A stretch of 64,000 nt of DNA from the human T2T-CHM13v2.0 reference genome, Homo sapiens. The position numbers were made by a program, and so were the translations under genes. Under the pieces are notes generated by a model. That model saw nothing but the letters and a program-made list of their open reading frames with translations, made no database searches and was not told the DNA's origin. Below, piece after piece: positions 1-13,400 of this stretch. The DNA lies in NCBI RefSeq assembly GCF_009914755.1, contig NC_060948.1. The stretch is one strand, 5' to 3'. How positions within the stretch are numbered: the first letter of the stretch is position 1; each line of letters starts with the position of its first letter.

Positions 1-684
1 TAGGCTATCATACTTTTGACCATCTTAGCCCTGTGTGCTCCACCCATCCCCAGGCTGAATATCAGAGGCAGTTTAGGCAGTTTAGTGGTTAAGGATGAAG
101 TTGCTGGCTCTAACTGGACCCAGAGGGCAAGTAGCTTATATAATAAGCCTTGTTACCTCTGGAAGGATGTTCACTTCTGATATATCTAATGGAAATCACT
201 GGGGTGTTAGAATCTCTAGAGCACATGATTTTATTGAGAAACCGAGAATCCCAGTCTCAGTTCCAGCTCCTCCCTCTGCTGCTCAGAAACAACTACCATG
301 CTGGGGAACTTGCCTGTCTGAGCCAATGAATGTAGTCTATCCAGGCTCTCTCCAGCAGAAAATGGATCTAGACTCTCCAGCCTTTGTTCCCTATTGGGAG
401 AACCCACTCTCAGCTCTGGTTCTTCCCTATGTCAGGGAATTATAAGCTCTTTGAGAAACTTTCTGGGCAAATGCAACTTTCTTAGCCCAGACCAGGTTCT
501 AAATGATCTGTTCAACAGCAATGTCAAGGGAGCTGATTTTCAGCCCCAGAGCCTCCTGCTGCAGGCAGAAAACTAGCCCATTTGTGCAGAGACCTTCCAG
601 TAATCATCACAGCCAAAATTACAGCCATGCCATTCTCTGTTCCACAACAGAATCAAAGTGAACCCGGTCTCAGCTCCAGCCTGT

Positions 685-810
685 CCAATTTCAATTTCTG
701 AAATTGAATCATTACTAATAAATAACCTACCAGCCAAAAAAAAAAAAGCCAAGAAACTGACAGATTCAGGATGCATTCTACCATATATACAAAGAGCTGC
801 ATCATATTCC
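685..810 (+). mobile_element. Old LINE-1 ORF2 fragment
   Basis: tctgaaattgaatcattactaataaataacctaccagccaaaaaaa...gattcagg..cattctaccatatatacaaagagctg; translates SEIESLLINNLPAKK, resembling L1 ORF2p [21 protein letters not shown]...EFYQ...EEL. Confidence 0.75.
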
Positions 811-1115
811 ACTGTGTGGGTGATCCTAGATTGTTCAACTGGTTGTGAATGTATGCTTATACACACACACAAAACGCACACAACTAGGTTTCATGTTCTG
901 TCAAAAAGCAGCAATGGAAATGCCATGCTGGTCTCTGGTATTATCTGAAGGCTCATTGGGAAGGACCCATTCCTTTGTTTGCATTACATTTTTGCCAGGA
1001 GCCTTGTCCACAATGGCAGTTTTTCAGTGGTTTCTTACAGCTCTGTAGATAACCTGCAATTATGTTTATTTACATGCTTTACAATATCTTCGTTAGTCTT
1101 TATCTCTAAACTTGA

Positions 1116-1270
1116 GGCTGGGTACAATGGCTAAAGTCTATAATTTCAGTACTTTAGGAAGTTGATGTTGGAGGATCCTCTGAGCCCAAAAGTGTTAGAC
1201 TACAGTGATGTATAATTCAGACTGTTGACAGAGCAAGACCCTCACTCTAAGTAAATAAATAATAAAAATA
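1116..1270 (+). mobile_element. Degenerate Alu monomer or fragment (AluJ/FLAM-like)
   Basis: ggctgggtacaatggct...taatttcagtactttagga...ggaggatc...gagccca...gacagagcaagaccct followed by an A-rich tail. Confidence 0.7.
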
Positions 1271-1944
1271 CAACTGATAGTAGTATTTTTGTTTTACCAT
1301 TTGGAAATACAAATTTCCTTGATCAAATACATGAATATTTGATAGCCACTAACACAACACATTTGCTTGTGCATGGGAGCCGATGCAGGAAAGCAGAGGG
1401 ATTGGATGCTCTTTTCTTCTTAATGCCTGAACGCGGGTACTATGATGATAAGTGGTGAGTTTGGAACAGGAAGGCTTTCTGCCAGAGCCATCAAAGCTAT
1501 GGGAATAAAACTCTCCACAAGTCAGGAAACAAAACAATCATTACTGGTAATAGTAAATGGAAAATCTTTTGCAGATTTGATTGCACTTTTAATTTAATAT
1601 GGACTAGGCAGCATAATACAGACTACCCGGCCCCTAATAGTGTGCAATTTGATGACAAATGTCAATTGTGTTTGGTTGTTGGAAACTAGGTTTCAGCTCT
1701 TCCAAGAAGCTTAGTTACATGAGTAATTTTGACAATACTCATAGTTACTTGAGTATTGTCAAATATACACCAGCTTATTTTAACATTTCTGTTAGTCCAC
1801 CAGAGACCTAAATATTATTAATATTATTTTAAACATAAAATATTAATGTAAACATAGTTCAAAATTCATGTGGATAATGAGTAAAATCATGTTTTTATTT
1901 TTATTCATTTCCTTTTGGTTTCATGCCTTTCATTCTCTTTTTCT

Positions 1945-2008
1945 CCCTCCCTTCTTCCCTCCCTCCCTTCTCCCTGTCTTTCTTTCCTTCTTTCCTTCTT
2001 TCTTTCCT

Positions 2009-2063
<55 letters not shown>

Positions 2064-2067
2064 ATCT

Positions 2068-2129
<62 letters not shown>

Positions 2130-2130
2130 T
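1945..2130. repeat. (CCTT)n/(TTTC)n polypyrimidine microsatellite
   Basis: Long near-pure tttc run at ~2000-2125, adjacent to the tail end of a minus-strand Alu. Confidence 0.95.
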
Positions 2131-2159
2131 TTCCTCTATCTCTGTATCTCTGTTTAATA

Positions 2160-2453
2160 TTTTTAGATGGAATCCTGCTCTGTTGCCTAGGCTGGAGTGC
2201 AGTGGCATGATCTCAGCTCACTGCAACCTTCCCATCCTGGGTTCCAGCAGTTCTCCAGTCACACCCTCCCGAGTAGCTATGACTGCAGGCATGTGACAAC
2301 AATCTTAGCTTTTTTTTTTTTTTCTGCACTTTTAGTAAAGACCAGGTTTCACAATATTTGCTCAGGCTGGTCTCAAGCTCCTTTCCTCAAGCCATCCACC
2401 CACCTTAGCCTCTTAAAATGCTGGGATTTCAGTCATAAGCCACAATGCCCACC
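2160..2453 (-). mobile_element. Alu element (diverged, S/J-type)
   Basis: ctctgttgcctaggctggagtgcagtggcatgatctcagctcactgcaacc...central T-run...aaaatgctgggatt...agccacaatgcccacc. Confidence 0.92.
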
Positions 2454-2494
2454 CAGTTTTATGTGTTTCTTTTCTCAGTGATCTCTCCTGTCTA

Positions 2495-2805
2495 TTTTAT
2501 TATTTTATTTCATTTTTATTTCTGAGACAGTGTCTTGGCTCTGGTGCCCAGGATGGAGTGCAGTGGTGTCATCTTACTTCACCGCAAACTCTGTCTCAGC
2601 GTTTCAGTGGATTCTCCTGCATCAGCCTCCCACATAGATGAGATTATATTCATGGGACACCAAGCCTGGCTAGCTTTGCTATGATATTAGACATGGGATC
2701 TTGCCATGTTGGCCAGGCTTATCACAAACTCCTGACATCAAGAGATCCACCCACCTTGGCTTGCCAAATTGCTGGGAGTGCAGGTGTGAGCCACCACGTC
2801 CTGCC
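2495..2805 (-). mobile_element. Alu element (diverged)
   Basis: T-rich tail, then tgagacagtgtc...ggagtgcagtgg...gccatgttggccaggct...gatccacccaccttggc...gtgagccaccacgtcctgcc. Confidence 0.92.
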
Positions 2806-3309
2806 TCATATCTGTTTTAAAGCTCAGTTGATAAGCAATATTGTGTTCCTGGAATGCTTTATGATTATGAAACCACTATAGCACTGTTATTTAGCCCCTT
2901 TGGATAAAATATGATAACACACAATACATACAGACACAGACACAGACACAGTCAGTGATTAAAGATCAGTGTAGGCCAGGACCTAAAATGATATATGAGT
3001 TGCTGCAGTTGACTAAAATTAAAGCAGACCAGAGTTGGCACATACCCAGAAAAGAGATGTGAACAGAGTCTTTCAAAGTACTCTGTCAGATACATGTTAG
3101 ATTATTCTCCAGCCATAGCAAAGGGAAATTAAATATCTGTTGTGTTTAGAATAGTCTTGATTGTTTGACTTTTCCAAGGTATTAGCATTCATGAAGTTGG
3201 CCTTTAAAGCTCTCTAAAATTACTCAAATCAGTAGACAACTCAGTTTTTCTAGGAGTCTAAAGTGCTTTTCAAAATTATCAGAAAGTTAGTGGCTTCAAA
3301 CAATAATTA

Positions 3310-3725
3310 TAATTTATTAACTCTCAGTCTCTAAAATCTTCCACAGTCTCTCAGCCAAATGATTGTGGTTCAGGGGCACTCAGGAGGATACAATCTAGTG
3401 ATGGCTCAGGATGGGGACATTGCCAGGTGTCTTCTTATTTCCCTGGTGCCATGGCTAGCATAACTCAAATAGTGGAGGTTGGGCTGCTGAGATCCTCAGG
3501 CATCTCCTTTTATTTCTATGAGTCTCTCCATGGGATGTCCATTCTGCATAGTGTTATCAGGGTGTTAGACTTCATGATGTACTGGTCTGGGGCTCCTGAG
3601 GGGTTTGTCCCCATGACAGCAGGAGACTTAGGCAGAGCTGTGTCACCTTTTCTAGCCTAGGCCAGAGGTGGCCCAATATCCAGAAAATGCTTTCACTGTT
3701 TTCTATTAATTAGAAGCAAGTACTG
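3310..3725 (-). mobile_element. Probable MaLR (MLT1-like) LTR relic
   Basis: Motifs such as gtcaccttttctagcctagg...cactgttttctatt...agaagcaagt and ctccatgg...cagggtgttagacttc resemble antisense MLT1 LTR text; recognised by recall only. Confidence 0.45.
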
Positions 3726-4227
3726 TGTTCTGTCACATCAGGAATATTTTCAAATTGGTTTGCAAAGAATTTCAAAGTGTGTTTTAGATCATTACAGTGG
3801 CCATGCCTAATAATTACTTATTTTTATAAGTGTTGGATGGGTTTTACCCAATGTAATATCAGATACAGACTTTTAAGCTTGAAACCTGTGTCATAGCTCT
3901 GAACATTTGGTTGTATGTTGAAATAACTCTCAAGCAAAAATTGATTTTGAAATTAGCACTATAAATAAGTTAAATAAATGAGGTAAAGTCATAAATATCT
4001 GCATGAAATGCTTATAAACAGGTCAGCCTTAAAAATGTCATGAAGACTAATATGCCACCCTTTTATTATTTCTATGGATATTACTTGGACTGGAGGACAA
4101 GGACTCAGGGGTATGCTGGTCAATCTCTGCACCTGGAAACAGTGGCTGGGGCACCAGGAGTAATACTTTGAGCCATGACCATGTAGTGAGGACAAGGAGT
4201 CCATCTGGGTTAAGGAGAGTGTCACTG

Positions 4228-4301
4228 TATATATATATATATATATATAAACACACACTATATATAAAAACACTATATATATAACACTATATATATATAT
4301 A
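4228..4301. repeat. (TA)n compound microsatellite
   Basis: tatatata... interrupted by repeated acac-tatatata modules. Confidence 0.9.
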
Positions 4302-6471
4302 AAGCACAATATCAGAAACTCAGTAGTCATAGTGAAATCAAAAAATAATCACAGTCAATTTGATCTCATACCTAGACTGAAATATGAAACTTCAAAAGAA
4401 AAGAATGTTAAGAACTTTCGGCTTGTCAAAATTTTCCTACATAGATAAAATTATTGGTGACTTTCTCTCACTAGAGAACATAAACAAAAATCGATGTTTT
4501 GTATATGTGTAAATGAAAATATTTTTATTTCTATCAGTTATGACATGCAAGTAATAAAGTGAAAGTACAATAATAAATAATAAATTATATAAGGAAATTT
4601 CTGTGTCAAAAAATTTCATTGACTATTAATTTTATAAAACCATAGAGAATGCTTCATGAAACTACATTATACAGTACTTTTTAGTATTTCACTTACATTT
4701 TAAATAATCAACAAATTAAAGGAAATTCTGAATCATTATTTCTTACCAATATCATTATTCTACTCAAGAAATTCTTCTGATATTAAATATTTTAAATAAA
4801 ACATTAAAAACAAATTGTATTCACTGATATCAGCTTTTGATGAAATAATACTTCTGTATTTGTAATCATGTTAAATATATCTTTCTCCTCACAGTGGATC
4901 TTTTGTAACACCAGTGTTATTATTTTCTCTGATACAAACCCTGTGATATCTCAAGGCTTTACTGTGTCCATACATTACATACCTCCAGAGAGTAGGATTC
5001 AAAGAGATGGAAAAATTATATTTGTGACCAAATTCTAGGAAAGGGAATGATAAAATGGGAGAATAATTTCTAAATTTCTAACTGTTCATCAATGGATTTG
5101 GATATATTTAGGTATAGACAAATATTTGCACACTGCAAGTTTGCACATGTGTATTTAAATTTATATGAGATACCCATAATGTATGGGTTGTGTAATCTCT
5201 TAATTAATTCTCAATTTTACATGTGGCAAATTGATAAGAGTTTACCCTCATCAAATACGCAATTTGAAGTACTATACTCCATTTGATGTAAAGCCAATAA
5301 AATCTCTGTCAACATTCATTTCAATTAATCCAATAATGTTAACTGCTGATAACTTCATTCTCCCTGTCCCCTGTTAACAGCTGAAAGTTGATTCTCACCT
5401 TAATTCAGCACTCAGGGTGTCTTCTTCAAGAGACTGTCACCTTGCTTTGGATTGTGACCTCTGACTCCACCACTTTCTTCCTGTAGCAGTCCTACCTTTG
5501 TGTATTTAATGAACTTTGTACATCGTTAAAAAATAAAAACGCAGTGAAATGTCAGGCCATGCTGTGAAATGTTCCAGTGTTTCTATATCTCAAATTGAAC
5601 TTTCATGTTATAGAAGATAAGAAAAACAATTCATTTATTAGTATTCAGTCCAATGCACCCTTTCTTATTAATACGCCAAACCTGTCCCTTCAAAGCACTG
5701 ACATTCAAGCACAGCTAGACGTATCAAAATTTATTCTCAACAATAACCATTATGTTAATAACTGTTGCCCAGATCTGGACCCTGCCTGTGGAATCTTTGG
5801 TTGGAAATTGCTATTATGGGTCAAACTAAGAGAATGACTATTTTTTGGCATAATTACTGCTGTCATCTTCCTGAAAAATATCACGTTAGATGGTAGCTTT
5901 TAGTTAGATCCATTCTATTAATTTTTAATATCCATCATTTATGATATTGCACAAGTAAAGACCTTTGATAACTTAAATTGTTAGCTGAGAAGTGACTAAA
6001 GTAACTCACAACAATTCAGACATTCATTTACCTACTAGAAATGCCATACATCATTAACTTCCGCTGAAAACAAAGTTGAAAAATTACAAGTGCTAAATTG
6101 TTTACTAAAGTATGTATTTCAGGGTATTTTATAAAACTATCCATGCCATGTATGATGCTTCACCAGCAAGGATAAAGCTTTAGCATATATTAAAAATAAT
6201 AGTCTTTGGTTCTTAATACGTCACTACATTTGTTGTCTTCATAGCCTCAGCACAAAAACATCCATGTATGTGACTTTCAGCTGAGTTGACTACCAGTTAT
6301 TAGGATTTAAGTAAACAGAATAAAAATTTCAAAATTTGGTGACCAAATATGAGAAATCACACTCTCACCATAAGTAGTAATTATTCTCAAGTGTCACCGC
6401 AAATGCAAGATTGAAAGAAGAAATTAAGTCTAATATATCGCAATATTCTAAAATCTAAAATTTCGTCTTTG

Positions 6472-6770
6472 AGGTCTGGTGTTTCATGCCTGGAATTGCA
6501 GCTCTCTGGGAAGCTGAGAAGGGAGAACTGCTTCAAACCCAGAGTTTGACAGCAGCATAAGCAACACAGCAAGAACTATCTCTAAAATGTAACTAATTAT
6601 TTAATTAGTTAAATTGGGCATGATGGCACACATCTGCTGTTCTACTTACTCAGGAGTTCACAGTTATAGTTAGCTGTGATCACACACTGCACTTCAGCCT
6701 GGGCCATGAGGCAAGACTTTTGCCTCTACAAAATGATTCAATATAAAAAACAAAATAAATTAAAATAAAA
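6472..6770 (+). mobile_element. Old Alu (AluJ-like) with internal deletion in the right arm
   Basis: catgcctggaattgcagctctctgggaagctgag...ctgcttcaaacccagagtttg...tgggcatgatggcacac...ctgcacttcagcctggg...A-rich tail. Confidence 0.8.
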
Positions 6771-7639
6771 ACATTTTCAGGTGTTTTTTGGAAGTTTGTA
6801 TAATTGCTCCAAAAGTAGAGACATTGTGTAAATTTGAGCAGTCAATGGAGGAATGGGCAGTGAACATTGTTTATATTGTTTTCCAAAAATTAGGATAAAT
6901 ATATTAGAATATTATATATAAATAAAATATAAAAAGGTTATATATCTAATAACCTTTTATACAATAAATATTGACAAATGTCAAGCCATTGTGTTTATAG
7001 ACTTCTCCTTCAAAATATTCATAGTTTAATTGGAGAATGAAGAAAAGAGCAATAATTGGAATGTACTCTGGCAAGCATTACTATATACACAGTTTAGTAA
7101 CTTAGTTGGAGGGGAAAGAAGTTCTTAACTGGGTTTACAGGGGTGTGGAGAACCTTCTTAGGGCCGGAACAATTGGCTGCATCTGATAGGATACAAATTT
7201 GCAAGAATAATGTTTGGGAGAAAAACATTGTAGAGAAAAAACAAACATCCTTTCTGTAAATGATGGAAGTACCAACAGTGCATATGACGCCATCTGCTGA
7301 ATGCTTAGACCTTTCTAGCTCAATAAATATTTCTTGAATGAATCCATGAGTGGAAGATATTGGGAAGAGGATTCTGGAAGGGATTTTCAAAATCCTATAA
7401 AGGAAAGGTAATTAGCCTGGACTTTGCAATTTTGCTTGCTTTTCTTTGTGATATTTTTATGTTCACAACCTCACAAGCTGTTTAACTTTTTGGTCTTTTC
7501 ATAAACATCATGAATGAATCATTCCTGAGAGTAATTCTCTCTTGATCTCTTGATACTGTATTTGTCTCTGATACTCCTTTGTGGGAGGCCCTGGGTTTGC
7601 ATGCCCACAGCTACATCACTCCCCTCTCCCTGCCACTGT

Positions 7640-9540
7640 TCTGTTTCATTTCATCTGCAGGTCCATTCTCATTGTCACGGGGCTCCTTCAGTGGGTTGTT
7701 GCTGGATGGGACTGCCTGTCACCACAGATCTTTTGGCTGCAAGAGGTTTCAGAGGGTAAAAAAGACTTTGGGTAGATTGGCTGAGCTCCTGGTTGTGGGT
7801 TGTGGACATGTCGTGGGGGATGAGCATGTTTGCATTTTGCAGGAGGATTTTGCATCCTCTGACAAGAAGCATCGAACATTCCTTGGACTCCAGCACAAGG
7901 CAGCTCGTTCTCTCAGGCCAGCACTGATTTTTCTTTGCTTTCCTAGAGATTCCACATTGTCCATCAACAGCACTACTGGACACTATTTTCAGGTTTGCAA
8001 TCGCCACAGATGGCCTCTGAGATGCTGTTTCAACCTCATCTGCACCCAAGAGAGGCCAGTCCGAGGTGTGAGAACATTGATCCAACTTTGACTTGCCTTT
8101 TTCATGGTGCATGCCTTTCCCAGAGAGCCCCTGCAAGGCCCATGATGAAGGGAGGCAGTGAGGTCAAGAGCCCAGCCATCATTCACTGACACCTGCCTCT
8201 GGGGTCTCAGGTATGATTCTATCACCCAAAGAACCTTGAGCAACACACCAGACTATATTTCAATTTCCATGAGACCAGATTCTGGCACACAGCTTCTCAG
8301 GATTGGAGTCAGAAGAGCAGTTTCTAGTGATGACCTCACAGTCACAAAAGGCCTTTCTTTTCAGCAGTACCCGACCACCAAGACAGCTCGGAGGATCGCT
8401 GAGGTTGAGAGATTTAGGGTTTGGCAGTGGGTTTTCACAAGCAGCCTTTTTCCAAATACCAGGCCATCTCGGCCTTTAACAATATTCTCTGCTTAGGCAG
8501 GCTGATAGCTCTGACAACTGGGCTCCCGAGTCTGACTCACAAATGTGGATGTGCTAGTCTCAGAGCCCCAAGTCTGATTTTGAGCTCTGGCTAGTGTCAC
8601 CATGAATGCCACAATTGCCTAGTGACAAGTCTCTGTGGCTTGCCAGAAAAGAATACCTCCGTGGAAGTGTGTCAGCGGTGGACTCTCACCTGTCTTTTTT
8701 GTGGGATCCACAGTATAGTCCCATGATCCTAGGAGAAAGCAGACGTGAGCCAGCCTGAAGAAACGTCAAGCAGAGCCCTAGGAATAAACTGCGACATCCC
8801 TAAAAATCCAAAAGAAGCTGCAGAATTTCCAAGGCTGGCCTAGATGTTGTAGTGGTGAGTCTTTTTGAAATTTACCCCACTGTGATGTCTAGGAGCAGCC
8901 TGTCTCTGTTTTCTGGGGTTGCTCTCTCTCAAGTGGGGCTTCCCACAGAATCACGCAGCATCAGGAGCTGCCAGGCTATGTGTTTCGGGGAGAGTGTTGT
9001 GAGTGTTGGATGTCTCTGTGTGTGTGGTATTTTGTGTTTGTGTGGGTGTGTGTCTGTCCCTGTAAGTGGAGACTGCTTAAAGGAATATGGCTAATGCCCT
9101 TCAGCACTTCTTTGTTTTGAATATCAAAACCGTTTAATGGCCTGTCTGTGTGGTTCTGCTCAGCTCTGGGGCTCCGTGTTCTCTATTTCTATGAAAATGA
9201 TAAATCCCCAGTGAATTGGAAGGTGGGCCAAGACCGGCTGGCATCCAAATCACCTCCCCATGCAAATAATAGTAAGAAATAATAATAATAATCCTCTAGA
9301 AAGAAAAGGAGCACACCACTCTAAAAAAGTGACATCTGCCAGTGTTTCCTTGTCCTGAGTCCAACCCAGGGAGAGGTACTAGCAGTCTTGTCCGCAGGGA
9401 CCGTTGAATTTACCTCGAATTTGGTTCGCAGCTGAGTGGGTGCTTCATGTTGTGAGGTGACACTCCTCCATCGTCTTGGGATTTCATCCTGGAACATACG
9501 GTATGAGCACCAATAAGGTCAGATAAGGATGAGGATACAA
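7640..9540 (-). repeat. Inverted partial copy (~1.9 kb) of the ~2.46 kb macrosatellite unit
   Basis: Reverse complement of array motifs: ctctgcttaggcaggctga (~8486), gagctc (8582), GT tract (~9017-9055), cctgtaagtggag (~9059), gaggatacaa (9531). Confidence 0.95.
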
Positions 9541-10264
9541 CCTGAGCCCCCACGAGACCACGACCCACAACTTGAAGTGCAGCCAGCCTACCTGAAGTCC
9601 CTATTGCTTTCTAAAACCCTTGGCAGCTAAATAATCTGTGATGAAAGACAGTCCCATCCCCCAACAGCCCAACAAAGCCCCTCTACAAACAGAAGGCCAT
9701 GCAGATGAAATGAATCAGAGGCCAGATTACCAGTAAAAATCCAGACACTGCTGCCTGCTTCTCACTCAGCAGATATCATGCAGCACCCCCAATAGAAGTG
9801 ATAGAACTAGAGTTTCCTTGTCGGTGGCTGTAACTCGAATTTACAATTTTAAAAGTATGAAAGCTGTCCAGCCATTAATACATTACAGTGGATAGAAGGA
9901 AATGCTTCCACAATGGATTCCTATGAGGGTCATTCTCCATGAACTGGGACACATTTAGTGTTGAAGTCATTTATCCAGACCCAGGAAACCCTAGGCCAAC
10001 AAGGAACATGGAAGTCAGGAAAAGAAGAAGCAAGCGTGGAGGTCACATCCCAAGCAGCATGAATCCATTCCAGTCCCAGTTGGCTCCAGATATGAAAGCC
10101 CTCAAATCGGGTGTTTGCCAGGATGGCCCCAGTTTGCAATCCAAATATTTCTTGCACGTTGGAGTACTCCCACTCAAACACAGGGCTGCTGTGGATTAAT
10201 TGTGCAATTGAGGGAACTCGGGGAAGAAGTTTGTCATACCTTTGGTGACATTTTTTTTTGGCAG

Positions 10265-10425
10265 GGGAAGTTGTGGGACCCCATCCACTCCTCTCCAGAT
10301 TGTATTTACACTCTACTTGACCTTAGTGCTGCTCCCACTCCATGTCCCAGGGTGAAATCCCTAGACGATGGAGGAGGGCCAACTCATAACGTGAAGCACC
10401 AGCTCAGCTGGTAGCTGAATTTGAG
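10265..10425 (+). other. Candidate non-coding exon module (161 nt) of a TTTY-type transcript
   Basis: Acceptor tttttttttggcag| (10264) and donor GAG|GTAAGT (10426-10431); homologous modules recur in most units. Splice signals only, no transcript evidence. Confidence 0.35.
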
Positions 10426-13400
10426 GTAAGTACATGGGGCTTGGCAGACAAGACGGCTAGTGTCTCTTTGTGTGTTGGCATCAGCACAATGAAACACCAG
10501 TAGATGTCTGATATTTTGGTGTGGTGTGCTGCTCTTTTATTTATTTATTTATTGTTTATTTATTTATTTTTAGAAGAGTAGCTTTTTCTTGCAGGGGAAG
10601 GTGATTTGGACGCCGGCGGGTCTCCACCCACCTCTCAATTCAGTGTGAATTAATGACTCAAAGAAAATTAAGGAACACGGAGCCCTGCAGCCCGAGCAGA
10701 GCCACATAGACTAGTCACCAAAAGGTATGGAGACAAAAAAAAAAAAAAAAAAAAGAAGCACTGAAGCGAGGTAGACACAATCCTTTAAGCAGACTCCACT
10801 TACAGGCACACACACACACAAACACACAATGCCAGACACACACACACAGACATCAGACACTCACAACACTTACCCAAAAACACACAGTTCAGCAGCTCCT
10901 GACACTGCGTGGTTCTGCAGGAAAGAGCAACAATGCAACCATGGGGAACACCGGCAGGCTACACCTTGAAATCTCAATGGGGCAACTTTCAAAAAGACTC
11001 TACCCTACAATGTCTAGGCAGGCGTGAGGAAACCCGCAGATTGTTTTGAATCCTTAGGGATTTTGCTTTTTATTCTTGAGGTTATGCTTGAAGTTTCTTG
11101 AGGCTGGTTCAAGTCTGCCCTCTTCTAGATTCATGGAACCATCCCGTGAATTGCACAGAGAAGATAGGCAAGAGTCCACCGCCAACACATCTTCATGGAG
11201 GTCTCCTTCTCTGCCAAGCAGGAGGAACTGATGCTAGGCAATGGTGACATTTATTATGATGCTAACCAGAGCTCACAATCAGGCCTGGTGCTCTGAGACT
11301 TGCACCTGTGGGTTTGTGAGACAGACTCAGGTGACCGTCTAGCTGAGCTGTCAGCCTGACCTAAGCAGAGGAAAACAGTACAGGTAGAGCCGCCCTGGTA
11401 TCGTGAAAAAAAAAAAAGTGCTTCCTGCCATTATGCACTGAAGGATGCTAAAATTCTCGACCTTAGGGCCCCTTCGGGATGTTTACGTATTCAGGCCATG
11501 CTGGAGGAGGAGGTGTTTCAATACTGTAAGGTGGTGGACAAACACTGCTCTTCTGACTCCATTTCTGAAAAGGGCTGCATGCAAGAATCAGATCCTATAT
11601 GAATTGGAATATAGTCTGGTGAGTTGTTGAAGGGTTTTTGTGTGATGGAATTATACCTCAGACCCCAGAGGTGTGGATCAATAAAAGATGGCTGGGCCCT
11701 TGTCTTCATTGTCTCTCTGCATTTTGGGCCTCACAGGGGCTCTCTGGGAAACGTAGGAACCACAACAAAGGCAAGTCCAGGGTGGAACAGTGTTCTCATA
11801 CATCAAACTGTGTTCTCATGGGTGCAGATGAGGTTGAGAAATTTTCTCAGAGGCTTTCTGTGGTGATTACAAGCCTGAAAAATGCCAATATTGTTGTTGA
11901 GGGGCAATGTGGACCCAGCATGAAAGCAAAGATAAATCAAGGCTCTCCTGACAGAATGAGTTGACTTGTGCTGGAGTCCAAGAAATGTTCAAAGATTCCT
12001 GTGAAAGCATCCAAAATTCTCCTGCAAAGTGCAAACAATCTCAGCCACCACAATGAGACAACAGTTCACAATATGGAGTGCAGCCAGCCTAACTGAAGTC
12101 CATTTTGCTCCCTGAAATCAGTGGCATCAAAAAGATGTGTGGTGAGAGGCAGCCCATCCAGCAACAGCCAAATGCAAGACCCCCTCCACAATAAAAAAGA
12201 ACATGAAAATGAAAGGAAACAGCTAGATTACCAGGTAAAAGCCAGACACGGCTGCCTGCTTCTCATAGTACAGGAATCATGCAGCCCTTTGTTAGAAGTG
12301 GGAGAACAAATTTTCCCTGTTGCTGGCTCTAACAGAAATTTATGGTTTTAAAATTATCGCAGAAGACCGGTTATAAAAACATGACAGTGTTTAGAAGGAA
12401 ACACGAAATGCACTTTAATGAGGGTCATTTTTCATGAACAGGGAAATGTTTAGTGTGGAAATCATTGAGCAAGACCCAGGAAAGCCTAGGCCAATGAGTA
12501 ACCTGGAAGACAGGGAAAGAAGAGGCAAGTGTGGAGGCCACATCCCACCCAGCATCATTCCATCTCACTCTCCCATTTGGCTTCGGGTATTAAAGCCCTC
12601 AAATGGGAAGTGTGCCAGGTTGGCTCTAGTTTGCACTAAAAATGTTTCCTGCAAGTTGGAGTACTCCCACCTGAACACTGGGCCATGGTGTGGACTGCTT
12701 TTGCAACTAAGGGAATGTGGGGATGCAGTTTGAAGCACCTCTGTGTCCTCAGCCTTCACCTTTTTTGCTGGTGAGGATACAGGACCCCATCAACCACTCA
12801 CCAGATTGTATTCTTACCCCTATCTGACCTTATTGCTGCTCACAGTCTCTGCCCCAGAAAGAAATCCAAAGACGATGGAGAAGTGCCCCCTGATGACATG
12901 AAGCACCTGCTCAGCTGGAAGCTGAATTTGAGAGAAATTCAATGGGCTCTGTGGACAGGACTGCTAGTGTCTCTCTCTGGATTGGCTGCATTACAAATGA
13001 AACACTGAGAGGTGTCTCTTCTTGGGTGTAATGTTCTCCTCTTTTTTTTTTTCCTAGAAGAGTGCCTTTTTTTTTGCAGGGGAAGATGATGGGGGCCCTG
13101 GCTGGTCACAACCAGCCTACCTATTCATCGCTGATTCATGATCCACAGAAACATAAAGAACAGGGAGCCCTGCAGCCCAAGAAGAGTCACACAGACAGGC
13201 CATCCAAAGGTTAAAACACTAAAAAATATAAAGCACCGCAGTGTGTTAGCCACATTGCTTTAAGCAGAAACCACTTACAGGCACACACACACAAATGCAC
13301 AAAGCCACACACACCCACAGATATCCAACACTCACAACACTCCCACAGAAACACATAGCCTGGTAGCTTCTGAGGCTGCATTGTTCTGCAGGAAGCCCCA

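Noticed and set aside
1-660. 116 aa ORF at 95-445 and neighbouring sequence as a gene
   Set aside because: No recognisable protein. A weak antisense resemblance to ERVL/MaLR internal sequence (ggctgaaaatcag) is too thin to annotate.
1868-2296. F/S/L-rich hydrophobic ORFs of up to 142 aa
   Set aside because: They are translations of the TTTC microsatellite and an antisense Alu.
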